64,000 nt of DNA from Thermodesulfobacteriota bacterium (GCA_964291405.2 OZ219926.1:640001-704000), one strand, 5' to 3'; shown: positions 1 through 9,716, numbered from the stretch's first letter. The notes: generated by a model not told the origin, from the sequence alone. Program-made: numbers and translations.

Positions 1-1342
1 AAAATGCGGTCATCCCAGCAGCCGCAAGCCCGATCAGCCACAGGAACGGATGTCCACCGGAAAACGTCAGCCAGAGGATTTCGTCCTTTGAGAAAAATCC
101 GGCCAGGGGCGGGATACCAGCGATAGCAATAGTTGAGATCAAAAAGGTCCAAAAGGTGAGCGGCATTTTCTCTCTGAGCCCACCCATCTTACGCATATCC
201 TGCTCATCACCCATCGCATGGATGACGCTTCCCGAGCCCAGAAACAGGCAGGCCTTAAAAAATGCATGCGTCATCAGATGGAAGACAGCAGCGCCATACG
301 CTCCAACACCGACACCCAGCACCATATAGCCGAGTTGACTGACGGTCGAATACGCGAGCACTTTCTTAATATCAAACTGGGCGAGGCCAATAGTTGCCGC
401 AACGAGCGCAGTTAAGGCTCCGACCGTCGCCACCACACCGAGCGCAACCGGCGACAGAGAAAAGAGAAAGTGCATCCGAGCCATCATATACACGCCTGCG
501 GTCACCATGGTCGCAGCATGGATCAGTGCACTCACCGGAGTCGGTCCGGCCATCGCATCCGGCAACCACACATAGAGTGGAATTTGCGCGGACTTCCCAG
601 TCGCTCCGACGAAAAGACACAACGCTGCGAGCGTCGCCGCCGGGACGCCCCAGACCATCTGACCTTCCAGGTGATGAACCAGATGACTCAGGTCACGAAA
701 GACCGCGGTCGTCCCGTGTCCCGCTTCAAAGAGACTCCAGAAAATAATAAAAATACCCAGTGTAAAGCCGGCGTCACCAATCCGGTTGACAATAAACGCC
801 TTGTTTCCAGCAGTAGTATTCGCCTGTTCCTTATACCAAAATCCAATCAGTCCATAGGAGCACAGGCCAACACCTTCCCAGCCCACAAACATCAACACCA
901 AGTTATCAGCCAGCACCAAGGTCAGCATCGCCGCGGTAAAAAGATTGAGATAGGCAAAAAAGCGCCAGTACGCTTCGTCATCATGCATATAGCCGATTGA
1001 ATACAGGTGAATCAGACCGCCAATACCAGTGACGATCAGGATCATCAGGCCGGAGAGGGGATCGACAGCGAACGCGATATCAACCTGAAGAGCACCGATA
1101 TGTATCCAGCGCAGGAGCGTATCGAGCAGGTAGCGTTCTTCAGGCACCAAACTGGTAAGCTGAAAAAAGGCCCGTAGCGAAAAGATAAAGGCTAGACCAA
1201 CAGCCGCGCAGGCAACAACGCTGATCCCGTTCTTCCCAAAACGCGCCTGGATCTTCGCCCCGAAAACACCATTGATAACGGCACCGAGCAGGGGAAAGAG
1301 AACGATCCAGCGCAGGTAGGAGACGAGAAGCGGGTGATCCAT
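1..1342 (-). CDS. nuoL: NADH-quinone oxidoreductase subunit L (partial; runs off left edge)
   Basis: Not in the ORF track. Manual translation from ATG at 1342 gives MDHPLLVSYLRWIVLFPLLGAVING...DPLSGLMILIVTGIGGLIHLYSIGYMHDD...RFFAYLNLF...FVGWEGVGLCSYGLIGFWY (NuoL/ND5 signatures); 3 bp after the nuoK stop. Confidence 0.96.
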   Translation of the reverse strand, partial: MDHPLLVSYLRWIVLFPLLGAVINGVFGAKIQARFGKNGISVVACAAVGLAFIFSLRAFFQLTSLVPEERYLLDTLLRWIHIGALQVDIAFAVDPLSGLMILIVTGIGGLIHLYSIGYMHDDEAYWRFFAYLNLFTAAMLTLVLADNLVLMFVGWEGVGLCSYGLIGFWYKEQANTTAGNKAFIVNRIGDAGFTLGIFIIFWSLFEAGHGTTAVFRDLSHLVHHLEGQMVWGVPAATLAALCLFVGATGKSAQIPLYVWLPDAMAGPTPVSALIHAATMVTAGVYMMARMHFLFSLSPVALGVVATVGALTALVAATIGLAQFDIKKVLAYSTVSQLGYMVLGVGVGAYGAAVFHLMTHAFFKACLFLGSGSVIHAMGDEQDMRKMGGLREKMPLTFWTFLISTIAIAGIPPLAGFFSKDEILWLTFSGGHPFLWLIGLAAAGMTAF

Positions 1343-1345
1343 AGA

Positions 1346-1675
1346 CTAGCCTTGCAAGCTATCGACTGCTTCGATGTCGATCGACGAAAAATTCTGATAA
1401 ATCCCGAGCACAATGGCCAAACCAATCACCGCTTCGGCAGCCGCTAGCATAATCACGAAAATCGCAAACACCTGGCCATCGTAATTACCGGAAGAAAAAT
1501 GTGAAAAGGCAATATAGTTAATGTTTGCGGAGTTCAGGATCAACTCTACGCCCAGAAGAATCCCGATGGCATTCTTCCGGGTGAGGACACAATAGAGGCC
1601 GAGCACAAAAACAATCAGACTGACAAACAGAAAATGTCGTAGCCCTATATCGAGCAGTAGTCCATCCATAATCAT
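1346..1675 (-). CDS. nuoK: NADH-quinone oxidoreductase subunit K
   Basis: RKNAIGILLGVELILNSAN and AAAEAVIGLAI motifs; 3 TM; operon position. Confidence 0.96.
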   Translation of the reverse strand: MIMDGLLLDIGLRHFLFVSLIVFVLGLYCVLTRKNAIGILLGVELILNSANINYIAFSHFSSGNYDGQVFAIFVIMLAAAEAVIGLAIVLGIYQNFSSIDIEAVDSLQG

Positions 1676-1769
1676 TCGTAGCGTGTGGAGGGTCGTCCCG
1701 TCTTAAATGGGAGGAGGAAAAAAATCAAGGGAGGGCGTCGAGGGAGATCACCGAGCTTGGACTCGGCCA

Positions 1770-2285
1770 TTATCCGTCGGCCATGGGCCCACGCAGTTCC
1801 TTACGTGACACAACAACTGCCCCAATCAGCGCAACGAGCAATACGACTGAAGCGAGCTCGAATGGCAAGATATACGGCCCAAGAAAAGCCTCTCCAATAC
1901 CAAATGTCGTCGGCTCGACCATAGGTTCAGCATGCTGCACCCATTCGGCCGCTCCAATACAGACCCCCATGATGGTCCCGACAACGCCAAGAATCAATGC
2001 AGCGGGAATACGTCCGACCGTCCGGTTCGAGACATCGACATCAGCGATCCGATGGGTGAGCATCACCGCAAAAAGGATGAGCACGAGAATACCACCAATG
2101 TAGAGCATGACCTGAATCACCGCGACAAAGTCGGCGGCTAACAGCGCGTACAAGCCGGCCACCCCCATGAATGTCCCCAACAGAGCAAAAGCAGAATAGA
2201 CCAAGTTATGAGAGAGCGCGACGATGAGAGCCGACCCTATGGTCAAAACGGCCAGCAGATAGAAAACCAACGCTTCCAAAGGCAT
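1770..2285 (-). CDS. nuoJ: NADH-quinone oxidoreductase subunit J
   Basis: ADFVAVIQVMLYIGGILVLILFAVML and YILPFELASVVLLVALIGA motifs. Confidence 0.96.
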   Translation of the reverse strand: MPLEALVFYLLAVLTIGSALIVALSHNLVYSAFALLGTFMGVAGLYALLAADFVAVIQVMLYIGGILVLILFAVMLTHRIADVDVSNRTVGRIPAALILGVVGTIMGVCIGAAEWVQHAEPMVEPTTFGIGEAFLGPYILPFELASVVLLVALIGAVVVSRKELRGPMADG

Positions 2286-2308
2286 TGCCAGATCTCCTCA
2301 TCCGCAAC

Positions 2309-2890
2309 TTATGAGGCGGCCTCTTCCTGTTCTTTTGCATATTTCTTCATATCAACGGGCTCTGCCCATTCCGCCAAAAATTCCATGCCACGGTCCAAGA
2401 TCGGCGCAATCAACGGATCAGTCTCCTCCCCTTTCTTCGCCTTATACGCCAATACAGGGTCCTTTACGAAACGGCGGATCATACTTTCCAGTGAGTAATC
2501 CGCCCCTTCAAACTCGGTCGTATGATGGATCGATCCGGTGGGGCAAACCTCGCTGCACAGACCACAGTACATACATTTGGCGATATCGATATCAAAACGG
2601 CTCAGGAGCATCGCCCGCGTCGCTTTGTCCTTTGGCGCGTCAATCACAATACAGTCAATCGGACACGCTCGCTCGCACGCCAGACAGCCAGTACAAATCT
2701 CTAGGTCAACTTCAAGAATACCTCGATAGCGCAGGGGAAGCGTATCTTGGACGCGGACCGCAGTCCGGTCTGGATACTGAATAGTATATGGCTTGCGGAC
2801 GAAGTGAGACATAGTGACACTCATCCCTTCGAAAATCGTAGCTGCCGCATCTTTTGCGTGCTTCAGATATTGGCCAATACTATTCGCCAT
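2309..2890 (-). CDS. nuoI: NADH-quinone oxidoreductase subunit I (2x4Fe-4S)
   Basis: TIQYP, CTGCLACERACP and CMYCGLCSEVCP motifs. Confidence 0.96.
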   Translation of the reverse strand: MANSIGQYLKHAKDAAATIFEGMSVTMSHFVRKPYTIQYPDRTAVRVQDTLPLRYRGILEVDLEICTGCLACERACPIDCIVIDAPKDKATRAMLLSRFDIDIAKCMYCGLCSEVCPTGSIHHTTEFEGADYSLESMIRRFVKDPVLAYKAKKGEETDPLIAPILDRGMEFLAEWAEPVDMKKYAKEQEEAAS

Positions 2891-2913
2891 AGAGCGTTCC
2901 CCTAGCAGTCACT

Positions 2914-4104
2914 TTAGATTGCCGGATTAAAATAGAGTTCCGGCTTCGCCCGACGTAAATGGTACAGGACACGTCGGAAGAAGATGACAATAAGAGCCAG
3001 CGTACCGACAACCATGAGATACGGCACGAACGCATTGCCATCCGGCCAAATCACCATCCAGACCGCAGTCCCAACCAAATTCACAAATCCAAGCGGCACC
3101 AAATACTTCCAACACAACGACATCATCTGATCCACCCGGATACGAGGCAGGGTGGCACGTATCCACATGGCCAGGAACACCCAAAAATACGCCTTGAGGA
3201 AGAAGACCGCGAGTTGCGCGATATTCAACACAACCGTGTTATTTGTCCATCCGGTCGGGATCTGCCAGCCACCCAGGAATAACACGGCCATAATGGCACC
3301 CGTGACGTACAAGCTGCCCCACTCTGCCAAGAAGAAGAGGGCGAACCGGAAACCACTATATTCGGTCGCAAATCCAGCCACCAATTCCGATTCCGCTTCT
3401 GGAATATCAAAAGGCGTCCGGTTGGTTTCCGCCAGGGCGGAAATGTAAAAAGCAAAGGCAGCAATGAACGTAAACGGGCTATGGAAGAGGAACCAGTCCC
3501 AGGGTGCCCAGCCTTGGGCTTGGATGATTCCTTGCGTGCTCAGGGTTCCGGTCAGGAGCACAACGGGCAGCAATGCCAGTCCAGCGGGAATTTCATAACT
3601 CACGACCTGAGCAGCTGATCGAATGCCTCCCAACAGGGACCATTTATTATTCGATGCCCAGCCCGCCATGAGGACACCGACGGCAGAAAGCGCAACAATG
3701 GCCACAATATAGAGGAGCCCCACATTGAGGTCAGCAATAACGAGCGCACTGCTGAACGGAATGACAACAAAGGTCGCTAGAAATCCCCAAACCAGCAGAT
3801 AGGGCGCAAACACAAACAGCGGGCGGTCTGCGGCATCAGGAACCACGTCTTCCTTCAGGATATTTTTCACCCCATCGGCCAACCCTTGCAGGACGCCTTG
3901 AGGCCCAACTCGATTCGGCCCGACCCGCGACTGAATGCGCGACCAGACCCGCCGCTCAAGCCAGATAGTGATCGTCACCAGGGGTAAGACAAAGCCAAAG
4001 ACAACCAGGGAAGCAAACAGAAACATCATGGCGGGGTAGACCGCCTCCGCAGGGAGCCCGCCAAATACGCCGCTGGCAATTAGACCGTCAATAAAGCTCT
4101 GCAT
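2914..4104 (-). CDS. nuoH: NADH-quinone oxidoreductase subunit H
   Basis: ERRVWSRIQSRVGPNRVGP, SNNKWSLLGGIRSAAQ, AETNRTPFDIPEAESELVAG. Confidence 0.97.
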   Translation of the reverse strand: MQSFIDGLIASGVFGGLPAEAVYPAMMFLFASLVVFGFVLPLVTITIWLERRVWSRIQSRVGPNRVGPQGVLQGLADGVKNILKEDVVPDAADRPLFVFAPYLLVWGFLATFVVIPFSSALVIADLNVGLLYIVAIVALSAVGVLMAGWASNNKWSLLGGIRSAAQVVSYEIPAGLALLPVVLLTGTLSTQGIIQAQGWAPWDWFLFHSPFTFIAAFAFYISALAETNRTPFDIPEAESELVAGFATEYSGFRFALFFLAEWGSLYVTGAIMAVLFLGGWQIPTGWTNNTVVLNIAQLAVFFLKAYFWVFLAMWIRATLPRIRVDQMMSLCWKYLVPLGFVNLVGTAVWMVIWPDGNAFVPYLMVVGTLALIVIFFRRVLYHLRRAKPELYFNPAI

Positions 4105-4131
4105 AGCGCCGCACTCGTACCGTATTTCCCG

Positions 4132-5286
4132 TTACCGGTCAACTTCGGGAGCCACCACATCGAGGCTGGCAATCAGCGCAATTAAGTCAGCAATCATAAT
4201 CCCACGACTGAGTTTGTCCACTATGCTCATCGCGGAAAATGACCCGGTCCTGATTTTTGTTCGATAAGGAAACTCACTTCCGTCACTGACCACATACCAG
4301 CCCATATCCCCCCGAGAGGCTTCGACGCGGACGTGCGCATCACCAACCGGCGGTTTGAGCTTCTTGGCCACTCGCGCCAGGACCGGCCCGTCAGGAATTA
4401 TCTCTAGGCATTGGCGGACGATTTTGCAGGATTCTTTTAATTCTTTAATCCGTACCATATAGCGGTCAAAGCAATCGCCCAGGGTACCGACTTCGCCGGT
4501 CCCGACAGGCACTTCAAAATCTAATTCCGGGTAAATCGAATAGGGCTCATCCCGGCGCACATCATACTGAAAACCGCAGCCGCGCAGATTTGGTCCAACC
4601 AAGTTGTAGTTAATCGCCTCTTCTTTGCTGACCGCAGCAACATTGGCTAAGCGTTCGACATAAATCTTATTGTAGGAAATCAGGTCGTTGTATTCGTCAA
4701 TAAGGGGTTCGAACTGGTCCAGGAATGCAGTCACCTGTTCAGTGTATCCGGGCGGTAAATCCCAGGCCACGCCGCCAATACGCATATAGTTAAAAGTCAA
4801 CCGCGCACCGCACAGGTCTTCAAGCAGATTGTTCACCTTCTCCCGCTCCCGAATCGCGTGCGTAAATGGGGTCATACCACCAATATCCATGACCATGGTC
4901 CCAACCGAGAGCAGGTGACTGGCGATCCGGCCTAATTCGCAAGCAATGACCCGACAAAACTCTCCCCGCCGAGGAACTTCAATCCCGGCCGCGCGCTCAC
5001 AGACCATGGCCCAGCCTTGGTTACACTGCATGGCCGATACATAATCGACGCGATCCGTATAGGGCATAAAGCCGTGATAACCGACCTTCTCGGATATCTT
5101 TTCTATGGAGCGATGCAGATAACCAATATCAGGAAGTGCCGTCCGCATGATTTCGCCATCCGCCTTGACCACAAAACGCAACACCCCATGCGTACTCGGA
5201 TGCTGGGGACCCATATTCAGGGTCATCTCTTCTGTTGCGAGACCGTCATCACGTTGGACTTCAAACTCATACCCTGCCAGGCTCAT
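4132..5286 (-). CDS. nuoD: NADH-quinone oxidoreductase subunit D
   Basis: [29 protein letters not shown]-terminal EVDR; no NiFe CxxC motifs. Confidence 0.97.
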   Translation of the reverse strand: MSLAGYEFEVQRDDGLATEEMTLNMGPQHPSTHGVLRFVVKADGEIMRTALPDIGYLHRSIEKISEKVGYHGFMPYTDRVDYVSAMQCNQGWAMVCERAAGIEVPRRGEFCRVIACELGRIASHLLSVGTMVMDIGGMTPFTHAIREREKVNNLLEDLCGARLTFNYMRIGGVAWDLPPGYTEQVTAFLDQFEPLIDEYNDLISYNKIYVERLANVAAVSKEEAINYNLVGPNLRGCGFQYDVRRDEPYSIYPELDFEVPVGTGEVGTLGDCFDRYMVRIKELKESCKIVRQCLEIIPDGPVLARVAKKLKPPVGDAHVRVEASRGDMGWYVVSDGSEFPYRTKIRTGSFSAMSIVDKLSRGIMIADLIALIASLDVVAPEVDR

Positions 5287-5361
5287 ATATGCCTCCCGCT
5301 TTGGGCTTGAAGAAAAAGGGCTAGAGAAACGACGAAGGTGGGGTAGAACACGGGTGTGAAC

Positions 5362-5856
5362 TTATTTCAGCAAGCTCTCTCGACGCGTGCTGATTCCATG
5401 GTACTCTTCAGGCTCGACAAAATCCTTGCGGAGCGGATGCCCGATCCAGTCTTCCGGCATTAATAAACGCCGCAAGTCCGGGTGTCCGGTGAAAACGACA
5501 CCAAGCAGGTCGTAGATCTCGCGTTCCAGCCAATTGGCAGCTTTCCAGATCGCTTCTACAGAAGGCATACTCGGCTCTTCGCGCGACACATTCACCTTGA
5601 TCACTATCGCGTGTCGATGGGAATAGGAATACAGGTGAAGAACCACTTGGATGTAGTCCTCTTTTAAGAAGTCCACACCAGACATATTCGTCAAACAGTC
5701 AAAGGCCAAATCCGGGTCGTCGTGAAGAAATCGACACACCTCCACGATGGAGTCCGGCTTGACGAGCATAAAAGGATCGAGGGCGTCAGCCGCAAAGGAT
5801 GTAACGGCGGCGGCGTACTGGTCTTGTAATCTTTGGTGTATCTCTGTGGGACTCAT
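5362..5856 (-). CDS. nuoC: NADH-quinone oxidoreductase subunit C
   Basis: ANWLEREIYDLLGVVFTGHPDLRRLLMPEDWIGHPLRKD. Confidence 0.97.
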   Translation of the reverse strand: MSPTEIHQRLQDQYAAAVTSFAADALDPFMLVKPDSIVEVCRFLHDDPDLAFDCLTNMSGVDFLKEDYIQVVLHLYSYSHRHAIVIKVNVSREEPSMPSVEAIWKAANWLEREIYDLLGVVFTGHPDLRRLLMPEDWIGHPLRKDFVEPEEYHGISTRRESLLK

Positions 5857-5908
5857 AGTTCACACACTGCCGTGCTCTTCCTGATGTACCACTTGTCGTC
5901 CAGAGCCT

Positions 5909-6409
5909 TTAGGCTGCGGCTTGCGCAGAAGAGCCCTTCACCAACCAGCGCTCCTGCATCATTTTTTCTTGGAGTTTGAGCAGCCCCTCAGTCAGGGCTT
6001 CGGGACGAGGCGGGCAGCCGGGAACATAGACGTCAACGGGAATCACCTTATCGACACCATCGCAGACCGAGTACGCTAGCTGAAATAGCCCACCACAATT
6101 TGAGCAACTCCCCATAGAAATCACATATTTAGGATCGGGCATTTGATCGTAAAGGACTTTCGTCCGCAGCGCCATCTTCAATGTGAGCGTCCCGGCAATA
6201 ATCATCATATCGGACTGACGCGGGGTAGCCCGAGGAGCCGCCCCGAAACGCTCCAAATCCGCTCGGGGACCGCCGGTTTGCATCAGCTCAATAGCACAGC
6301 ACGCCAGACCGAAGAGCATGTACCATACAGATGATTTCCGCGTCCAATTGAGAACCTCATCAAGCTTGGTGGTAATCACCATCTCCGGCACACTATTGAT
6401 CAATGACAT
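5909..6409 (-). CDS. nuoB: NADH-quinone oxidoreductase subunit B (copy 1, in operon order)
   Basis: [28 protein letters not shown] (N2 cluster ligands). Confidence 0.97.
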   Translation of the reverse strand: MSLINSVPEMVITTKLDEVLNWTRKSSVWYMLFGLACCAIELMQTGGPRADLERFGAAPRATPRQSDMMIIAGTLTLKMALRTKVLYDQMPDPKYVISMGSCSNCGGLFQLAYSVCDGVDKVIPVDVYVPGCPPRPEALTEGLLKLQEKMMQERWLVKGSSAQAAA

Positions 6410-6418
6410 GCTTCCTCC

Positions 6419-6859
6419 TCAGGCGGCTTTCGGCAATTCGGATTCTTTCGCTGCGGTCTGAGCTTCGGCTGCGGCTGGTTGCAGTCGCTTGAGCCATTCA
6501 AGGTCACGCTTAGCCCAGACATAGACCAGCCCCACGACAAGAATGCCCAGAAAGATTAAGATCTCGACGAGAGCAAAGAGCCCTTGCCCATTGAGCAACC
6601 AGTCACGAAAAGCCACGGCAACCGGGAAAATAAAGGCAACCTCGATTTCAAATATTACAAACACGAGGGCGATCAGGTAGAAACGAATATTAAAATTAAT
6701 CCAGGCACCCCCGGTAGGCGGCTCTCCACATTCATACGTGGTCAGCTTCTTTGCTTCTGGATTGTGCGGACGCAGCAGCTTTCCCAGCGCGAGATGGACG
6801 GCACAGAACGCAATGGCAAGAATGGAAAAAACGAGAACATTCCCAAGATTAAACAGCAC
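6419..6859 (-). CDS. nuoA: NADH-quinone oxidoreductase subunit A
   Basis: KLTTYECGEP, RFYLIALVFVIFEIEVAFIFP. Confidence 0.97.
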   Translation of the reverse strand: MLFNLGNVLVFSILAIAFCAVHLALGKLLRPHNPEAKKLTTYECGEPPTGGAWINFNIRFYLIALVFVIFEIEVAFIFPVAVAFRDWLLNGQGLFALVEILIFLGILVVGLVYVWAKRDLEWLKRLQPAAAEAQTAAKESELPKAA

Positions 6860-6929
6860 CGTACAAGCTCCTTCTATTCAACAGGCTTCTCCCAGGTTTC
6901 CATTCTCCCGTTTGGAAAGTAGGCCACCT

Positions 6930-7418
6930 TCAGAGCGATGGCTCAACAATATGATGACGAGCAGATTCTGTATACTCTCCCTGCCCGCGATGAGCAAGCT
7001 CTTCTCGCAACCCCACCCTGTGTGCGATTTGTCCAATGGAGACATTGGCCAGATACGACCCTAGCAATCGTTGAGCCTCCCCCCACACAGAAATCTGGTT
7101 ACACACCGGATGATAGCAGCAGGCATTCCCGTCTTCGTCGAGACATTCCATCAGTAATAGCGGTCCCTCCAAACACTCATATACCGCTCGCAAGCTGATG
7201 TCAGACGCGGGCTTCTTAAGCGTAAACCCGCCACGAGCCCCCATATAGGACTCGACCAATCCTCCAGTCGCAAGCTGTTTCATGATCTTCGACAGAAAGT
7301 GTGCAGGAATATCTTGTTTTGTCTGGATCTCCCGCCTTGGGACAATCCTGTCCTGAGGCTGGGCGGCAAGATAGGTCAGCGCACGCACGGCGTAGTCCAC
7401 CCGCCGTCCGATATTCAT
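6930..7418 (-). CDS. Rrf2-family transcriptional regulator with Cys cluster (probably Fe-S binding)
   Basis: Start re-picked at ATG 7418 (MNIGRRVDYAVRAL); FLSKIMKQL...GLVESYMGARGGFTL wHTH; ECLDEDGNACCYHPVC. Confidence 0.92.
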   Translation of the reverse strand: MNIGRRVDYAVRALTYLAAQPQDRIVPRREIQTKQDIPAHFLSKIMKQLATGGLVESYMGARGGFTLKKPASDISLRAVYECLEGPLLLMECLDEDGNACCYHPVCNQISVWGEAQRLLGSYLANVSIGQIAHRVGLREELAHRGQGEYTESARHHIVEPSL

Positions 7419-7494
7419 AAGAGAGCTACGCTCGGTTGATTTTGAAGGTGCTCCGGCACCCAGACGAGAGACCATAACTATTATTCCGTGACCT

Positions 7495-8025
7495 CTACAG
7501 TTCGGCTCCGCGGAATTTCTGCTTTTGGCTTTGAATTTTTCGCTGCAAAGCCATGAGGGCGTCCAAGACATTCTCAGGACGGGGCGGACAGCCCGGCACA
7601 TACACGTCAACAGGCACAATATGGTCGATACCCGCGACGGTGGTGTAGTTATCGTAAAATCCGCCGGTCGAAGCACAAGCCCCAAAAGCCATCACCCAAT
7701 TCGGCTCTGCCATCTGCTCGTATACACGTTTCAGGATGGGAGCCTGGCGGCATGTCACCGTTCCGATCACCATCAGTAAATCAGCTTGTCTAGGACTAAA
7801 CCGGGGCAGTAAAGCCCCAAAACGATCGATATCATACGGCGTCATCGACAGCGCCATATACTCCATGGCACAACACGCGGTTGCAAATGGATAAGGAAAA
7901 ATCGAATACTTCCGAGCCCAACCAATGGCTTTATCTAACTGGGTCAGAACAACCGCATCGCCCAGCAAGGCTTCTTCTCCGCCCTGGAGCCGTGTGGCTG
8001 TTACTTGCGTTGCGTTGTTTTCCAT
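7495..8025 (-). CDS. nuoB: Second NuoB paralog (NADH-quinone oxidoreductase subunit B family)
   Basis: [34 protein letters not shown]. Confidence 0.93.
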   Translation of the reverse strand: MENNATQVTATRLQGGEEALLGDAVVLTQLDKAIGWARKYSIFPYPFATACCAMEYMALSMTPYDIDRFGALLPRFSPRQADLLMVIGTVTCRQAPILKRVYEQMAEPNWVMAFGACASTGGFYDNYTTVAGIDHIVPVDVYVPGCPPRPENVLDALMALQRKIQSQKQKFRGAEL

Positions 8026-8064
8026 ATCTTCCCCGTCTCGGTCCCGGTCTCGTTGCGCCCTTGT

Positions 8065-8466
8065 CTAGGCGGCATCCTTCTTGGTGGCGCCCTGGCCCCG
8101 CCAGTCCGCCACCGCTGCCTTGATCGCATCCTCCGCTAACACCGAACAGTGTATCTTCACCGGCGGTAACGCCAACTCCTCTACGATCTGGGTGTTCTTG
8201 ATCTCCCCTGCCTCCGCCACGGTCTTCCCCTTCACCAACTCCGTCACATAACTCGATGACGCGATCGCCGACCCACACCCAAAGGTCTTGAACTTCGCAT
8301 CTTCGATCACTTCGGTCTGCGGGTTGATCTTCAACTGCAACTTCATCACGTCCCCGCACTCCGGGGCGCCGACCACGCCGGTGCCCACGTTCGCTTCCTC
8401 GGCCTCGAAACTCCCCACGTTCCGCGGCCGCTCGTAATGCTCTATCACTCGCTCGGTGTATGCCAT
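8065..8466 (-). CDS. iscU: Fe-S cluster assembly scaffold IscU
   Basis: HYERPRNVG, GAPECGDVMKLQ, KTFGCGSAIASSS, LPPVKIHC. Confidence 0.97.
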   Translation of the reverse strand: MAYTERVIEHYERPRNVGSFEAEEANVGTGVVGAPECGDVMKLQLKINPQTEVIEDAKFKTFGCGSAIASSSYVTELVKGKTVAEAGEIKNTQIVEELALPPVKIHCSVLAEDAIKAAVADWRGQGATKKDAA

Positions 8467-8531
8467 CGCTCGCTTCTCCTTGTAAATAAAAAGCCGTTAT
8501 ACAGGAAGTCTCTCGATCATTGGTCGCCCTG

Positions 8532-8561
8532 ATGATAGAGTTCTAGAGTCCAACTTGTCAA
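8532..8561 (-). promoter_or_regulatory. Sigma70-type promoter for iscU-nuoB2-rrf2-nuo, overlapped by a degenerate Rrf2-type operator
   Basis: Minus strand TTGACA (8556-8561), 18 bp spacer, TATCAT (8532-8537); spacer holds GAGT-N5-AGTC on the plus strand (8538-8550). Confidence 0.6.
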
Positions 8562-8624
8562 CCGTTCCGCTGTGAGAAGAATGCCGTACAGCTTCTTTTC
8601 CGACAATAGCTCAATGCCATGGCT

Positions 8625-9344
8625 CTACCATTTTTCATATTTCACCGCCTGACGCTCGTATCCGGCTCCACGGAGGAGGTCTCTCAATAGCAGAACGGGC
8701 CGCCCTATCCCGCAGATATAAAACCGTCGGCTGTACTGTCTCACCTCTTTTACAAAATGCTGCTCGACGTAAGGCAAAAGCCCCTTCTCTATTGAATACT
8801 CCTCCGGTTCACATGCGGCGACGAGCGGCCGAAAGGAAAAATGAGCGCACTGGCGCTCCCACCCGTGCCACTCGGCAGCGTACAGCAAGTCTCCTGCCCG
8901 TGGCGCAGCATACAGCAAGCGGGCGGTGAGCTTCCCCCTCGCAGTCAGGAGGCGGGTAATCATAGGCCGAAAAGGCACGACGCCAACCCGGTCGGCAATA
9001 AAAATGTATTCGGCGTCCGTTGGCTGGTCGAGGACAAAGTTTCCCCATGGGCCGGTAAAGCAAAGGACGTCAGCTTCTTTCCGGCTGAAGAGATAGGATG
9101 AACCGGGACCACCATCAATCTGATTCAAACAAATCTCAAAACATTCCTCTTCCTCTGGCAGGGAAGCAATCGTGTATGCCCGGGTGAGCGTCTCGCCACC
9201 GACCGGGAGCAAAAACGAGAGGAATTGGCCCGGCAGAAATGAGAGTTTCTGGCCACTCGCAACCCGGAGAAAAAAAGAGCGAGTGTCCGGGGTTCGTTCA
9301 ATAATCTTTTCGATAGTTGCGGTAAGGGTCGGCGAGGAAGACAT
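8625..9344 (-). CDS. FAD-binding ferredoxin reductase-like (FNR family) oxidoreductase
   Basis: FLPGQF, RAYTIAS, GPGSSYL, GPWGNF, YICG and C-terminal aromatic residue; NAD(P)-binding loop atypical. Confidence 0.85.
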   Translation of the reverse strand: MSSSPTLTATIEKIIERTPDTRSFFLRVASGQKLSFLPGQFLSFLLPVGGETLTRAYTIASLPEEEECFEICLNQIDGGPGSSYLFSRKEADVLCFTGPWGNFVLDQPTDAEYIFIADRVGVVPFRPMITRLLTARGKLTARLLYAAPRAGDLLYAAEWHGWERQCAHFSFRPLVAACEPEEYSIEKGLLPYVEQHFVKEVRQYSRRFYICGIGRPVLLLRDLLRGAGYERQAVKYEKW

Positions 9345-9362
9345 GCGCGCGGCTACTCTCCA

Positions 9363-9716
9363 TTAGACCTGTTGGTTAATGGTGTGGCGAGGAATACGGA
9401 TTTTCACTTCACCTTCAGTCATAACCGCTTGGCAGCCTAGCCGCGACGTTGACACCAAACCAGGCGCCTTGTCGAGCATATCGTCTTCTTCCTCTTCGTT
9501 CTCAGTCAAATGTGCCATACCTTGGGTGACAATCACATGGCAGGTTGTGCAGGCACAATTACCGCCGCAGGCGTGTTCGAGTTCAACACCATGGCCGAGT
9601 AAGATATCGAGGATGGAACCCGGCTCTCCGTCGTGGTGAAAAGGCGCCTGAGACGGATCAAACTCAATCACCTGTTCGGGATTCCCGTTTTCAAACGAGA
9701 CGTATAGCTTTGCCAT
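9363..9716 (-). CDS. fdx: ISC-type (adrenodoxin-like) 2Fe-2S ferredoxin
   Basis: EHACGGNCACTTCHV, EDDMLDKA, SRLGCQ. Confidence 0.93.
   Translation of the reverse strand: MAKLYVSFENGNPEQVIEFDPSQAPFHHDGEPGSILDILLGHGVELEHACGGNCACTTCHVIVTQGMAHLTENEEEEDDMLDKAPGLVSTSRLGCQAVMTEGEVKIRIPRHTINQQV

Noticed and set aside
218-1000. Plus-strand ORFs (e.g. 470-1000, 176 aa)
   Set aside because: Antisense shadows of nuoL, which the ORF track missed because it runs off the window edge
4132-6409. Possible group 4 NiFe hydrogenase instead of complex I
   Set aside because: The large subunit lacks both CxxC nickel-binding motifs and has quinone-site residues
7419-7685. N-terminal 89-aa extension of the Rrf2 ORF
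   Set aside because: Overlaps nuoB2 in another frame; Rrf2 homology begins at MNIGRR (7418)
8065-8466. iscU seems to have unusually G-ending codon usage, hinting at separate origin
   Set aside because: Short gene and an impression by eye only; cannot be quantified here
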